DNA of 64,000 nt from Phoronis australis (Eukaryota > Animalia > Phoronida), in NCBI GenBank assembly GCA_002633005.1, contig NMRA01000023.1, positions 335,656-399,655 on the forward strand. The letters are read 5' to 3'. The position numbers and the translations under genes were made by a program. Shown one piece after another: positions 28,001 through 51,764 of the stretch. The notes beneath the pieces were generated by a model. The model had not been told where the DNA came from, ran no database searches, and saw nothing but the letters and a program-made list of their open reading frames with translations. Position 1 is the first letter of the stretch, and each line of letters opens with the position of its first letter.

Positions 28001-28795
28001 GCTCCTAACTATGCCAGAATGAATGTATACCAAGAACTAAACAACAATGCTATTTTAAAATTAATCTATGCTAAACAAAGTACAGTTGTATTCATTGACA
28101 ACTTGTAATGTGAAAACAAAAATTTTGCAAATAGGTGACCTTTAATTGTGCTATAATGATGTGCCTTGGGGGCTCACATAGCACACAACATGCAGTGTTA
28201 TTCCCCAGCAACACGTCATGATACTTACTGGACATGGTTGAGTGATTTACGGTGATCATTTTTGACACAAACTCGTTCTTAAAAAATTTGGTGATTTTCA
28301 AGTGAACGTACTTCATATACACATTGTCGCTATATGTTGAGTTTCTAACAAATTTGACCTCTGCAAGCAGTCACTGAGATAAGGAATTAGCATGCAAGTT
28401 TCATTTTAAACTTAATTATTTGCAAAATTACATATTAGGCAAAAATAAGCATAAATGGTCCTAGTGTGTGTCTAATTCATTTTGAAACCAGACCCTCAAA
28501 GCTGACATGAGGTGGCGCTGATCAGTAAAGAAAGGAAGGATCCAGACCCAATTTTAGCTGAGATCAGGTAACACCGAGAGGGAATAAGATCCTAAATCGC
28601 TTCAACTTTGTGAATCCCAACCTACTTCAGCTGATATCAGGTGAATTTCTTTGTGAAATCATTGAGAACAACAAAAACCACGTCACCACAACTGTAACTT
28701 GCAAAACACACACCAAATCAATTATGCATTTTTGCCGCAACTGTAGAAAGCAAGATTTCAGCTGTTGATATGTGACTTTCACTTACTGCAGGCAT
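13014..28795 (-). CDS. Uncharacterised coiled-coil protein, 10 coding exons, about 346 aa
   Basis: Exons in transcript order: 28795-28787 (MPA, in-frame stops upstream), 26682-26587, 24558-24469, 21559-21482, 19766-19654, 19339-19192, 18059-17865, 15981-15790, 15059-14971, 13044-13014 (ESMLQPKKS*). All GT-AG with compatible phases, 1041 nt total. E/K/L heptad-rich C-terminal half; AATAAA on the - strand at about 12832-12837. Confidence 0.7.
13101..14649. mobile_element. Non-autonomous DNA transposon, IS3EU-like (TAC..GTA termini, 6-bp TSD GACATC), with subterminal 21-bp arrays
   Basis: Perfect TIR TACGGTGGCCCGAAAGTATCATCGCTA at both ends; GACATC at 13095-13100 and 14650-14655; inverted 21-bp arrays at about 13160-13385 and 14357-14595. 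Confidence 0.8.
16100..16830 (-). mobile_element. Degenerate Helentron/HINE-like repeat, same family as 45925-47136
   Basis: Reverse complement ends ACACCATTTGC...GCGTTGTTCTTGTT and has internal CTAGTGGC-bearing units. Confidence 0.5.
17377..17592. repeat. 35-bp minisatellite, 6 copies plus a partial copy
   Basis: Unit TATATTAGCTGCTACCCCAGTGAGGGACTGGGCTG starting at 17377, 17412, 17447, 17482, 17517 and 17552. Confidence 0.95.
18285..18385 (+). mobile_element. tRNA-derived SINE head, degenerate
   Basis: A-box-like TAACCTAGTGG and B-box GGTTCAAGTCC, followed by CCCTTGAG-type SINE body. Confidence 0.5.
18393..18835 (+). mobile_element. Penelope-like element 3' fragment: GIY-YIG endonuclease plus decayed hammerhead
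   Basis: ORF 18393-18704 VVYKFICAGCGSSYIGETVRHLKTRTKEH...KICEALHI...KPNLN is the PLE GIY-YIG signature; CTGATGA hammerhead-like motif at 18787-18831. Confidence 0.85.
20002..20788. mobile_element. PIF/Harbinger-type MITE
   Basis: TIR GGGCTGTTC(C/T)AG(C/T)AAAAT flanked by TAA on both sides (19999-20001 and 20789-20791). Confidence 0.75.
22455..22577. repeat. 57-bp tandem duplication
   Basis: CTTTGGTTACATATGACATGTGAACGTAAATAATTATATTTTTACAGGACTGGTTTA twice. Confidence 0.9.
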
Positions 28796-28834
28796 GGTAA
28801 CTAATTATTGGATGACACGCCTTTATTATAGAAG

Positions 28835-29040
28835 GCACAAGAACACACGTCCTTTACATGGAAGACTTGTTGACACCTCTTTGGTGTGAAAGGCTTCAGA
28901 AAACACCCTTCTTCCAGAGAATTTGAAGACAAGTCTTTTATGTGGAAGACTTGACGACACGTTTTCGATAAGAAAGGTTTCAGTACACGTCCTTCTTCCA
29001 GAGACCTCGAGGACACATCCTTTACACGGAAGACTTGAGA
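28835..29040. repeat. Diverged 84-bp tandem repeat (about 2.4 copies) in a putative 5' UTR exon
   Basis: GGAAGACTTG recurs every 84 bp inside the predicted exon 29072-28787. Confidence 0.75.
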
Positions 29041-30301
29041 GATGCGTTTGTCTTCTGGAAAACTTGCTTAATCTAAAACAACAGTGTAAGCTTACAAAGA
29101 CAACATGTGTATAGAGAATAACATTTAATAACCTCAGAAGTATTTTTTCACAAATTGAAATTGCACAGCATTCTTTACTAGGATAAGCACTCTACTGTGC
29201 AGCGGTGAATATACAAGTCAATTCACTCCATTGCGTTGTTACTCTGGCAGTTTACACAAGATAGGTTGGGGGCATATCGGTAAAGGGAGTAAGTTGCAAT
29301 GTGTTTTTTCCTTTCTTCTGTAATGTATTCACGGTTATGCAGGATCTTATTTACTACGTCACTGTATTTAGCCTTAATATTTACAAAACCACACATTCAA
29401 CTCAGTAAAAGCACATGGAAGTAGAAAACTTGACACAGAATTTAGTTAGGCCCATGCAAAAGCGAGCAGTTGAAGCAGGGTCATTTTTAGTATTAGTAAG
29501 ACTATATAGACAGTGACCACCGCCTAGACCAGCCTTCAAGACGCCGTGAAGCTCTTATAGGCACCTCATATGTCGGAAGCTTTTCGGCAAATTATGACTA
29601 ACTCTGATTAACACATAAATGTCACATTGTTATTAGCACATTTTGCACATATAGAGGGACACCTTCAGGAGGCTGTCAGTGTTTTTAAATCCTAAGACAA
29701 AATCCTGCAATTAAACTTTTGCTTCAAGCGTCCTTCATTCAGTTGCGCAAACTGGCAGCTAGGCATTTTTACACTGTGCATGCTCCTGGAAGGCGCAGTG
29801 AAAACAGGAGCGCATGAGGTATTGAAAATGGCCAGTTGCCAATTTGAACAACTGAACAAAGGACAGAAGAGAAAAAGTTTGATTACAAGAATATTTTGTT
29901 CAGACAAGTTGTATTTGGAAGGCATTAAAGACATTGACGACAGCTTCTATGTGCAAAAGGTAATACAACAACATGATTTTGATGTTTTAATCATACAGTG
30001 TGCGTCATAATTTGCCGAAACGCTTCCAATGTATAACGCCTCTATTAAGGAGCTTCACCGTCTCAAAGGCAGGTCAAGACAGTGGTCACTGTCTAAACCA
30101 CAGGCATCCTCAGCTTCTGATAATCCAAAACATTAAAAGGTCTAACATTCGGCATAGGAATTCCACAGGTACTTCACTTCAGCTGTTTATATTCAAACAC
30201 AAATCTCAATAAAGTTTCACAAAACAGGAATTCATTCTCCTGATAGCATTTACTGCATCCTGCTCCAGCTTAAAACACAAATCTTTCCAAAGATCGATGC
30301 C

Positions 30302-30480
30302 TCGCAACTCCAGTACCCGGGTCACGTGAGTCGGTTCAAAGTCAAGTACGGAAATGCCCGATGAGTAAACTTCCACAATGAAACGGCAAATTTGCTGTTA
30401 TCCATCCGTATCTCTTCGAGTAATTACGTACTTGACCTCGAAATGACTCACGTGACCCGGCTACAGGAGATTTTTGCGAA
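30302..30480. mobile_element. Small palindromic MITE
   Basis: CCGGGTCACGTGAGTC...GTCAAGTACG / CGTACTTGAC...GACTCACGTGACCCGG inverted arms. Confidence 0.6.
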
Positions 30481-33400
30481 CTCACTGAAGCAGCAAGTCT
30501 ATAAATGCTGTCACTACATTGGGAAAAAGAACAATTGCTCGTTGTTTGTTGAATCCCTGTTTTATGTAAATTTTTGAGATTTGAGTTAAATGGACGGCTG
30601 AAGTGAAAACCGTGAAATTCCTATCCTGAGTGTCAGACCTTTTAGTATTATATTGTATTGGGGACAATCAGAAGCTAATTAAGGATGCCTGCGGTCTGGC
30701 CAATATATACTCAGCTTGCCGAAGGTCCACAAGAGGGCTTTTCAGCACTTGGTGAAATGGTAAACCAAACAATCTGGGAAGAAAATTCGTGTTTAGACTG
30801 TTAACCAAATCAAATTCCCTTAACACATTAAAAGAAAACTGCAAACTGTCTTAGCGGTTACGTTTCACCTCTTTTAACCTTCCTCTAACAAAAACGAAAT
30901 ATGCTGTTTTAAGAAACATTTGTAAGAAGAAGCCACCCAACCACTGTTTATTTTCATAGAATATCAACACATCCAAGTACTCATTTAACGTTCGTGAGCA
31001 GACGAACGCTGGAAACTTCAATGCTAGATGTCACGGGACCGCGCAGAAGCGGGAATAAGATCGTTCATGACTTTAGGGCACTCACAACTTTAGGACCTCC
31101 AACCGTACTGCTCCGATACTACACTACAGTAGTCATTACAGAGTACAGTACAGTATAGCCTTGGTACAAAGCTGTATACTAAATATACAGCTTTGCAACG
31201 ATGTGGATAAAAAAGTGGTAAGATAAAATCTGACACAAAATTAGTGTTATTAAAAACTACAGTCTTCCTCCAATAAACTAAATTATTTAAAGGTGTTGGA
31301 AAAAATGGCGTTCTACCGTTATTCTTTAGCGATGGCATTCGGCGCCATGAAATATTGCGTCACCTACTGACCAGTTTCTTTTTTCGCCAATTCTTCAATC
31401 AGCTGTTCTTCTTTCACGAGGCTGCGTACACGTCACAATAAATTATCGGAACTGGTTTCACTTCATTATAAGTTTTTAGAATTTTGATACCGAAAAACCG
31501 AATTTCAGAAGAAATTTTGCTGCTGCCAAGCTATCATCATCTCCCGAGAGATGTCGCAAAAATTTAGGAAATGGCGCGTGCGCGTGACACGAGCGTACTG
31601 TTTTCAAAACGATGATATACTTTTCATTGTAAAAAAGGTGGAGGGTTACGCAAGAAAGTGACATTTATTGCATTGTTTTTCACTTTAATGGCTGTAATGG
31701 GCAAGGTGAGTGTCGGTTGATTCGCAGAGTTTCACAGCGAGGTGACGCCGGGAAGAACTACCCTGGCTGTGTGCAATTTCGGGGTCTACAGAAGAAATGC
31801 ACACAGTGGTACCTAGCTGTATTTTGACGACAGTCTTCATACAGCTACAGTCAAGTGACCTAAACATCGGACGTTTTAGCACATTTTGCATTATACTTAA
31901 CTGAAAATACTACGGATTGTTGTAAATTCTTTGCTGAAATAAAGACTTACCTTTAAGGAATTGTTCTGTTACTATATCTTGTCACCGAAAGCCACTTTTA
32001 TATTCTGACTGATCTTTAAAAAACGCAACTAGCAAACCCTCGGAGAACCCAAATATCGGACATCATGTTTCCCCATGCACCATACCGCGGAAAATTGACT
32101 AACCAAGTAATGGCCGTGGGCATCTTGTAGCCAAATTTCAGCTCGAGTGTTTTGACATATATGCTGCTAGAACACAGCTCCATTCGCAAAAATTATCAAT
32201 CAAATGAAATCTGATGACAACGCCAAGACCTTTTGATGAATCAGAGCAGACGACTAAAGCACGTGCAAACTCGCAGCAGTTTTTAGTATTTCTTTGCCTT
32301 CTTGATACTACACCCGCACGTGCGCGGCCAGGGTTTGACTTGAGTTTAAGAACAAATGAAAAAATGAACCAATGACATATTGTCAGGTCAATGAGACAAT
32401 TTCATTGTGGAAAAACATATTGTTTTCAACATTTATAACCAATTTATGCGATCATCCATTTTAGGCCGACTCATGGGTCCAAATTGCACCCTAGATCTTG
32501 GTAGAATCAAAACGAGGCAACGTTAGAAAAAAACGAGACAGTGCCGAACATTGAATACATTACAGCGGAACAAAAATTGGTGTCATTTATTTCTCAGATT
32601 GTGTAAGATTTTATGTAATGTCCGATAGTTAGGGTGTGTCCGATAATTAGGTATACTATGTGTAGCTGGCTGCATGGCTAAGCATGCTATAAACACTCCC
32701 ACTAAATAAGATTGGCCCAAACCCCACCGATCAGGGAAAAAGGTGGGGTTTGGCAGATTGAAGTAGACCATATTTATCCACCTTGGCTGAGTCACGCTCA
32801 GCTCACGATCAAAGGGATCCCGCCAAGCTGCTCTATTCATCGAGTCACGAGCAAGGATAATTGGCTTCGCTCATGCGGATACGATCAGCTGATTACAATG
32901 TAGCCTATCAGACTGTAATTTTTATGGAGAGAGATTTACGTAGTTTTTACTGTAATATTTGAAAAGAGGAGCGAAAAAATATGAGTACAACTTTGAATTT
33001 TTCAAATTGGCCCAGGATAAAAGATTTTTCAACCCAGCAACACTCACGATTACTTTCATTCGGCGCGCACGAATACAAAAATATATAGGACCCAAATTAT
33101 TTAGATTTTGGAACACATGCAAAATTGCAATATTCAAAAAACGTTTATTATAACTCTTACAAGCTGTAAAACGACGTTGTTTAATTTCATTGTGCTCATT
33201 CATTGTCATCCTTCAAATCGAAAATTTCCGAGATGTGATCTCTAGCATGCGCGTATGTATACAAAACACGTGATTGTTATGTTCCTGAAGTATGAACATT
33301 ACGAAGCTTCAGCATGCCATTATTATTGACAGGGACACGATAAAACGAATTTGGAGTTTGACAATACTAGTAGTTTTGATACAGCGAGCTGGCTGACCAC

Positions 33401-35137
33401 TACGTCAGTGTCTCCGTTAGACCCAGAAATTTCACACGGCCCGGGTAGTTCACCTCGTCACCTCGTCCCCAAAATGTAGATTGAGCCTAAGACTATTATG
33501 TTTTACTCCAAGGTAGAGCTAACGACCGTCGGCCTGTGCACACAAAATCTGTGAGTTAACTGGCACTCACCTTGCATGTTGCAGCCGTTTTAGTGAGAAA
33601 CAATCTCATAAACGCCACTTACTTGAATAATCCTCCATATCAGTCGGCAAGTTTTCGCCCTGGGATTTCAGCACAATTTTTTGAAAAAATGATCGTAATT
33701 TAGTTTGAAAGCAATGCACCACAATTTTGTAGAAAGCTACAAATACGTCACAGAGCGTAAATTTGATGAATTCTAGCTTCCAATTTTACCCGTTTCGGAA
33801 ACCGGGTTTCAACTGCCTTAGGCTACAATAAGCGTCCACTCCCCGTGAAATGAATTTTTCTAAACCTTTATTAGAGCCAATACAGTATACAGCTTTCCAC
33901 CAAGGCTAGGTGATATGCTACTACATTATTCTTTGTTGCCTTATTTAACTGGTCTTGGCTAATTATCATTTTATGGCCTGGTCATCCATTCAGCCAAAAG
34001 TAGTTAGGTGGCTTATCAGCCAATATATTCATGCATGCTGACTCACAATAGAAGCCTGATAAGAGTGAAGGTGGATAAATGCGGACTTGCGGTGTTCTTA
34101 CAGTTTCTTGTGGTAGTGGATGTGTTCATCCATTGAGTACAGACTACAGTGTAGAAAATTTCGTGATGACCGAGACTTGCACGAGCGACAGTCAAGCATC
34201 TAAACCATTCGGCCAAGAGGCAATTGCCACTTGGCAAGCAGCTTAGAGAGGCTTTATCTGACTGTACGTGTCGTGACAACCGGAACTCATGCTTCACAAC
34301 AACAGTAGTGACTAGACACACAATGACAAAGTCATAGCGCTGCTGAACACTGCAACTTAATTGACCAGCCGTTGTTTCAAAAGCAAAATAATTTCGTATA
34401 TACCTGTATACAAATAACTTGATTCAACCATAGCTCTAATACAGCGCACACCGCACATACCGGATAACATTTACATACAGTTTTCGCAGTCCTTGAAAGC
34501 GTCCATCACAACACGTCATTCCCACAATTCACTAGCTGCAGTATGCGAATAAAATCAATTTAAAAAAAACTAAAATATGAATATTTAGATAAATTTAGTG
34601 GAAAAACATTATATCTTTAATAAATTGAGTTTTAATGATTGTTATACGTTCATGTTCACATGTTTGTGTGATTTTTAACAACAACGTAACGTCTTGTCAA
34701 ATGTAAATCGGCCATATTGGAATCGACAGTAAGTAAAGTTATTTGAGTTCTTCCTTTAATCTGTTAGCATCTCCTAACGCATTCGCAAAAGAAGCAATCA
34801 AAATATTGCAGTGCGGTATTTGCATTGTATTTAATGTATCTGAACCGGTATTTAAAGTACTGGAGTGTTAATTGACGTCGTTTGAGTATTGATTTTCTTT
34901 GCTTTCATAAACAAAGAATGAAACCTCGGTGGTGGAATTCCCCAATATTGTTACTTGCCGTACGTCACAGCATAGTCTGGCATGTACACAAATTCTTTTT
35001 TATTTTCGTGTTATTGCTTTTGCTGCAATTAATATAATTGGTTATTTCTGGTGCATTTTTCCGTTGGCAGCATAAGCATATCTGTGGCGCATACCCCCTG
35101 GGGCCTGGGAAAAACTGCCGAGACTTCGTACTGGGTA

Positions 35138-35689
35138 GTTCCCTGCGTGCCGCTAGGTGGTAGCCAGCATGCAGGTATCACTTAATTTATTAGTTCTCGG
35201 TTTCTGATTGACTGGCCTAATTCTCATGAGGCAACGGTTTAGGCAAACAAACTGGCATGGCTGATTGAGGAAGTGTAAATGTGGTCTGCTGTACACTCAA
35301 TTTGGTGCTTAAAATTCACATTCAGTGAATGTGAATCCCAGAAAATTGTGTGCGGAGTGCATCTTTCTACTGTCACTCACTTTTGTTTTCGTTGCTGTCC
35401 TGTATTCATACAGTGTGAATAACACACTAGTTTAATCGGCCAGATGACTGTGTTTATTGTACATGTATGTGCTTTAAGCACGTGGCTATTAAACATTAGG
35501 TCTTTTGCAGAAACGAAATAGCTGCTGCTAAGCTACTTGCATGACAAGGCTAAAAATCATTCATAGTCTGCCATTTTCTCACTTTTTTGTGAAGCTAACC
35601 AGTGACTGCCGAGGTTACATCAACCAATGATAAAGCGCATGTTACTGCCTGCTACCTGCATGCTGGCTGCCAAGCGGCATGCAGGGAAC
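35138..35689. mobile_element. MITE with about 40-bp TIRs
   Basis: GTTCCCTGCGTGCCGCTAGGTGGTAGCCAGCATGCAGGTA versus TACCTGCATGCTGGCTGCCAAGCGGCATGCAGGGAAC. Confidence 0.65.
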
Positions 35690-35922
35690 CAGTGAGAGAC
35701 TTTGTAGTACAATATCGCGCATAATCTCACGATGTCTTGTTTTCCCACCGTGGTCCTTGCGTTGCTGAGCTTCCGTTACCCCATGACGTGCACTTTCTAC
35801 ATACTTCAGCGCTCAACGATTAGCAAATCGCCTAAAACCCACGTCACCAAATGAAATCTAAGGTCACCAAGACTGAAGAGAATCTCTGGCACTAAATTCT
35901 GAGATCCCTATTGGGCATAAAG

Positions 35923-36419
35923 CAGGGCTTGGAATTTTCCGCGGAAACGCGGATTTCTGCTTTTTTCAAATGTTCTGTCCGCGCATTTTATTATATTTCC
36001 GCGTATAAAAAATCAGGATTTGATATGAAATTTCCGCGGCAAATTCCTTTCTTACCACGGCATTGCCGACGACGTTCACCTCGAAAAGCGGAAGTTGCTC
36101 TTTATGTTTCGGAGGAACGTAAATTGTCAACATTGCCGGGGCATCTGGGATAGCGTGGTGGGATTTTCAATGGCGTCTCGTATGATTGTAAACCACGGTG
36201 ACAAATACTGCGGCTCTGCAGCCAAAAATGTGTGGGGGTGGGAGTGGAGGAGTGGATGGACGAGATAAAAATACGCAGACGGGTAACGTTTTTTTTTTTT
36301 TTAGTCCTATCGATTTTTGTCGGCGAAAGGTTCGCATCGACTATTTCAAGGCTGGGTAGCGCGCATGTTTTGGGCCGTAAAAGTTTCCACGTTTTTTGTC
36401 ATTGGTCATTAAAGGCCTG
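35923..36419 (+). mobile_element. hAT-like MITE, copy 1
   Basis: Highly similar over about 480 bp to 43728-44207; CAGGGCTTGGAAT left terminus. Confidence 0.7.
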
Positions 36420-37858
36420 ATAGTTTGTTAGACAAAAAAGTCACATGGCCCATTCCTTCTCCTGATTTCGCCAGTAACTCTGCGTACATTTATTCTCTTG
36501 ATGAAGTACCTCCATTATTCCTTCTGCAAACCCTCTGAAGATAACACAGACAACTATGGTCTGGGGGGTGCGACTTTTCCCATTTTTTGCCGAACACTTC
36601 TGTTTGTTTACTTCTAGTTTTAATTTGAACGTGGTGGCAAATGCGCTGCATTTGTGAAATAAATGGAGCAATTGTGAATCGAAGGTTGTAAATGTAGGAA
36701 AAGTGTTGAAATTTAAAGTTTGGAAATCAATGCAAACCACGAAACAAATTTAAAAGGAATTATTGTTTGGCGTTTGATACTCACTGTGACGACCTCGTGG
36801 TGACTTGGAATTTTCCCAGGTTGCCAAACATAGTCTTAGCAAATTGAATGCTGTACTTATTCATGTCGCCTGTGGCGGAAAGGCATGGAAAGAGTGCTGA
36901 GGATTATTTAACAAACCATGAGATGTTCCAGATACGGATGTTGACTCGGATGCACATTATCCAGATCTGGATGGTGGTGATAATGCCCGGCTCAGTAAAC
37001 ATTCCAAAATGCAAATGGAAAACACATGTGAATCGGTTTACCCAATTAAGTATTCGTGATGGTGGATTCACATGTTGTGCAGTTTTTACAAGAATTCCGG
37101 TCGTACAGTTTCACCATTGTACCAACTGCTGAACGTCGAATTCAGACAGTCATTGCGTGGTATTGGCTAGAGGAAAACCGTGCTAGACACTAGACTGAGA
37201 GCCTGAGAGGAAACGTAGACTCAGCTATCAAGACGTGATTCTAATGCGACTGGTTTTACCAAGGCATTTCACTCGGACTGTCTACTTCGTGGGAATACAG
37301 GGCATTACTGTTGAAAAGTTTACCTCTATCTTAGACTTTTTGGACTTGGTTGACATTGACATCACTAGTATTGAGTAAAATGTTTTCGCACATTTTGTCA
37401 TTCATGTCTTTTTAGACTTCCATTTTAACGAAGTCATTGTATAAACAAATAGTTGATATGATATGCACTTGTAAGAAAGTTCATTGTCACCTTAAAAACA
37501 AAAAAGTTGAACAAACACAGTTATTTGTTAATACTTGCACTTAAACTGTGCTTTACTGTTACTGGTTTCAGAACTGCTCACATCTGAACTATTTGAGTTT
37601 TCCAAAATATGGCATTTTGTTTTCCAATAGTTCATTTTGAACCCTAGCATTTAGTGATGTATCTAAAATCCTGTATTTTTTCTTTTTTAAATCAATTTGC
37701 TCCAAGCACCCAGGTGCAACTTGGTCCTATGTTGATTTTTGACACTATTTTCCGTTTTGTGTTTCTTTGCAGAGCTGTGAAAGAAGGCCGTAAAAGGAGA
37801 AGTACATTTATTACAGAGAAGACAAGAAGCAGTGTTATTTAATATTTGACGGCCAAAG

Positions 37859-48461
<10,603 letters not shown>

Positions 48462-51400
48462 GGTTCATTGCTGGCGGAAGGGACTGGGGGAGGGGGGTCT
48501 GGTGCGTCTCACCAAGTTGTAGTTGCTTATGTGTCGCCAAACAGTGTCCTTGGCAGAGGTTCTTTGTGTTCATTGTATCAACTAAACAAAAATTATTAGT
48601 TTTCATGGTTCAATAACTGAGAGGTCCGATTTTTGTTGCCATCAATGTGGTGACACAGTCGTTCATGCCTGCTTGTTAGAAAACTATATTACCTCTCCCC
48701 TGAGACGTGCCCGGATTCCCTGTACTTGTGATCTCGCCATACTGTACGCCGCGTCAGAGTGAGGCTTGTTATTTTATTGTCTATAACAGTGGTCCGTTTT
48801 GCAATGTTCTCTGACTTTCAAAATTTAGTGGGATCAAGAATTAAGAGTAAAATGAAGATTCCTTTTGTTAGCTCTCACTGCACTTCTGCTAAATATGTTT
48901 TTATTAATATGATCACGTGGTCCCATCTTAATAAGTTGCGTTTGACTTTTGAAAAAGCTTAGAAGCTAACCTAATGTTTTTTTCTGTTGTTTGCTCGAGC
49001 AGTGAAGTACACTGTAGTGTGATCAGATGTCAGTCAACAATTGCATTGTAGTAAGCAGACTAAAAGAGGTGTAACAGTGCCTCATATGTCCTTCGGGTGA
49101 TGCACACACGCACACACGCACACGCAGATGTACCCAGGCACCTAGTGAAGCTTGCAGTAATACCTGTCTGCTCCATCCGTCAGAAACACGAGATTCTCAC
49201 ATGTGCTGGCTTCACTTAAAATTTAGGTGAGCAACGGAATGTTTTACCGTCACAGTTGTTACGAAGCATACCTTGATCATAAGATAATCAGACTTTTTAT
49301 GTTCACTTATCCTAAATAAGAATTTGTGATTCCCAAATTAAACAAATCTGTTCAAGGAATATTTTGATATTTGTGCATGTATGCACTGCTGATATATACT
49401 GCTGACTCCTTTCGTCTCCCAACGTTCTGTTTGTGGGCACCTGGTACTGTATTTTGGGCATTGCAGCTACTTTTTGATTTGCGAAATTCAGGCAAAGTTG
49501 TGTTATAAGGCGTAATTATCTTCTCTGGCATGTTTGTAAATCAGTCAGTGTATGTGTCTAGTGGTGATCCCAGCACTTCATTAACTTAGATCCTGTGTAT
49601 ATCTCGTTGTTCATCCACGTCCTACATATTCTTTGATGAACAACATAATTTGCATTCTGTTGCTATTTTGTGGTCTTGAGTACTTCAGCACGTTTACTTA
49701 CTGGTGCCTGTGTGTGTTTGTGCGAGTCAACTCTGGTTTGTCATATGAAACATTTCATGACGGTGTCTCACCAGGAATCTGTTGTCGAGTTATCTGTAAC
49801 TGTAGTTGCTGTTATCCATGTTAACAGGCTTGTGACCAAGGTAAAAGGCCTCAACTCATGGATAACAAAAAAAAGTTGTTGAGCAATTCTGTTCTAGTAA
49901 ATCGAACATCGTCCAATTCCTGGTTGGTCTTTAGCACACCTTAATGGCCTATAATTGATTGTATGTAAATAGATTTCATTAAATTAATTTACTGTGCAGA
50001 GAACGCCAGCACAACACAACCTGCTGGGTCACATTCCACTCATTTGCATTCAGCAACAGTAAAAGTGAACATTGTGATAATGATAGTGCTTCATTTTTCA
50101 GTCAATAATTGTTTGACTTGTTTACACCATACACAAATTGAGTGGCTAAAACATCACTGGCTGAAATTTCAATTAGTGCTGAGTTGCGATGCTGGAAATG
50201 TATCCTAATGGGGCTGTCCTGTCGGACCAGGCAGTCACCACCGATCTGTGTTTTCCTGTCACATTGCCACTGTTCATCAGTGCAGTCATTTGTGTTGTTG
50301 GTTGTTCTCTGACCTGTGCCAGTGAGCAAGCTTCTCTCTGGATGGGTTTAACAGCAGTTAATCATTGTTTTTGTACAGATATTTTTGTAACTTTGACAGC
50401 ATGGTGTTACACGTAACCTTCTGGGAGTTGTCAAACTAATAACGAGCCCTCTTGTGTGAGGTTGCCGCGCAATGCACACTCCTCAACGACTTGTATTTGG
50501 AGAAGGAGTAGACAGTTCCCGAAGGAGATGTGGGCTGCCATCTGTTGTGTATATAAAATGTATGTTATTATGCTCTGTGCTCGGGTAACAGCGATCGTGT
50601 CTAAGTTGCATGGATTACCACACCGATTGGAGTCCAGAAAAGCTGTTTATGGAAAAGTTGTAAGTTGTTGTTGCCAAACTAGACACAATTACTGTTAGTC
50701 GTCACAGTCAGTGAGGGAGCATTGGAACAGCTGTGAAGTCCAGGCACACAAAATAGTGTGCAGCTACTTGTGTGCTGACCTAGAAGGTTTTAAAGCTGGT
50801 TTGCTATGGTTGGATTCTGACAAGTTGTGCCGCAAGACTTTAACTGTCTTGTCCATGTAAATCTTGTGTGTAGTTTTTCGAAATGAGTGGCCTGGGTGTT
50901 GCACACTATGTTTCTTATCTGTGCTCTCTTGCTGTCTAAATCTGTCACAAGAGGGTACTGTCTGTTGCTTCTGCACTGTTGCGAAGCAGTGGGTGTGGCC
51001 CATCTTGTTGAGTGAGGCATCAGTCCATCTCTGATGTGCTTTGTGAGCATGTCACAAGCGTGACAAGGGTACATGTGCTCATAGCAGTAGTGGACAAGTT
51101 CATCATACATGTGCCACTGTAGAGGAGATTCGGTGTTTATTAGCCGCTGTTGCTGGAGACGAAAGACTCTGGGCAATGACGGCTATCTTTAGTAGAGAAG
51201 TGGAAGTTGTTCGGTCAACCCCGTTCTCTGCTGGTTCATTTCGAGCAGGTCGAATACATTTGAGTGTAGGCAAGCGTAATTTGTGAAGATGTGCTGGATT
51301 TATGGAGATTTTTGACTGTAATGTATTCGTGCTGCACTTAAGTTTCCCTTCAGGGTAAACTTCAGCATTGTTGTGTGATTCAGCAGTCCTGTGACTGCTG

Positions 51401-51758
51401 TGGATCATAGGTTATGCTTCTTGTCAGGCTGTCGTTAGACAAGTGACAAGGTCAGAAAGGAATAACATCCGAGTGATTCTATCGACCACATTGTCAGGTC
51501 GCCAAGTTTTTTGAAATTTGAAGGATAATGGTTTTGTTGTGATCAAAGTGTTTGTCAACTGTTCTAGCTCGGGATTTTTACAAAACAGTAGTCACCATGT
51601 CCTGTAAGTTCTGAGACATTTACAAAGTATTGGTATTTGTTGTCCCGTGGGGAATGTTTTATTCAGTTGTCTTATTGGTTTTTCAGTAACAGAGAATTAT
51701 GAGTTATTTCATATACTTTGAGCTAGAACAGTGGAATCTCAATTGATCCACATAAATC

Positions 51759-51764
51759 AATAAA
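51759..51764 (+). terminator. Candidate DDX6 polyadenylation signal
   Basis: First clear AATAAA I noticed after a long GT-rich 3' region; another lies near 52189. Confidence 0.4.

Noticed and set aside
28835-29040. 84-nt period suggesting C2H2 zinc fingers
   Set aside because: The frames I translated show no CX2C...HX3H pattern or TGEKP linker.
31155-33908. Distant inverted match TAGCCTTGGT...AAAGCTGTATACT as one large transposon
   Set aside because: No TSD and no transposase; more likely two separate small repeat copies.
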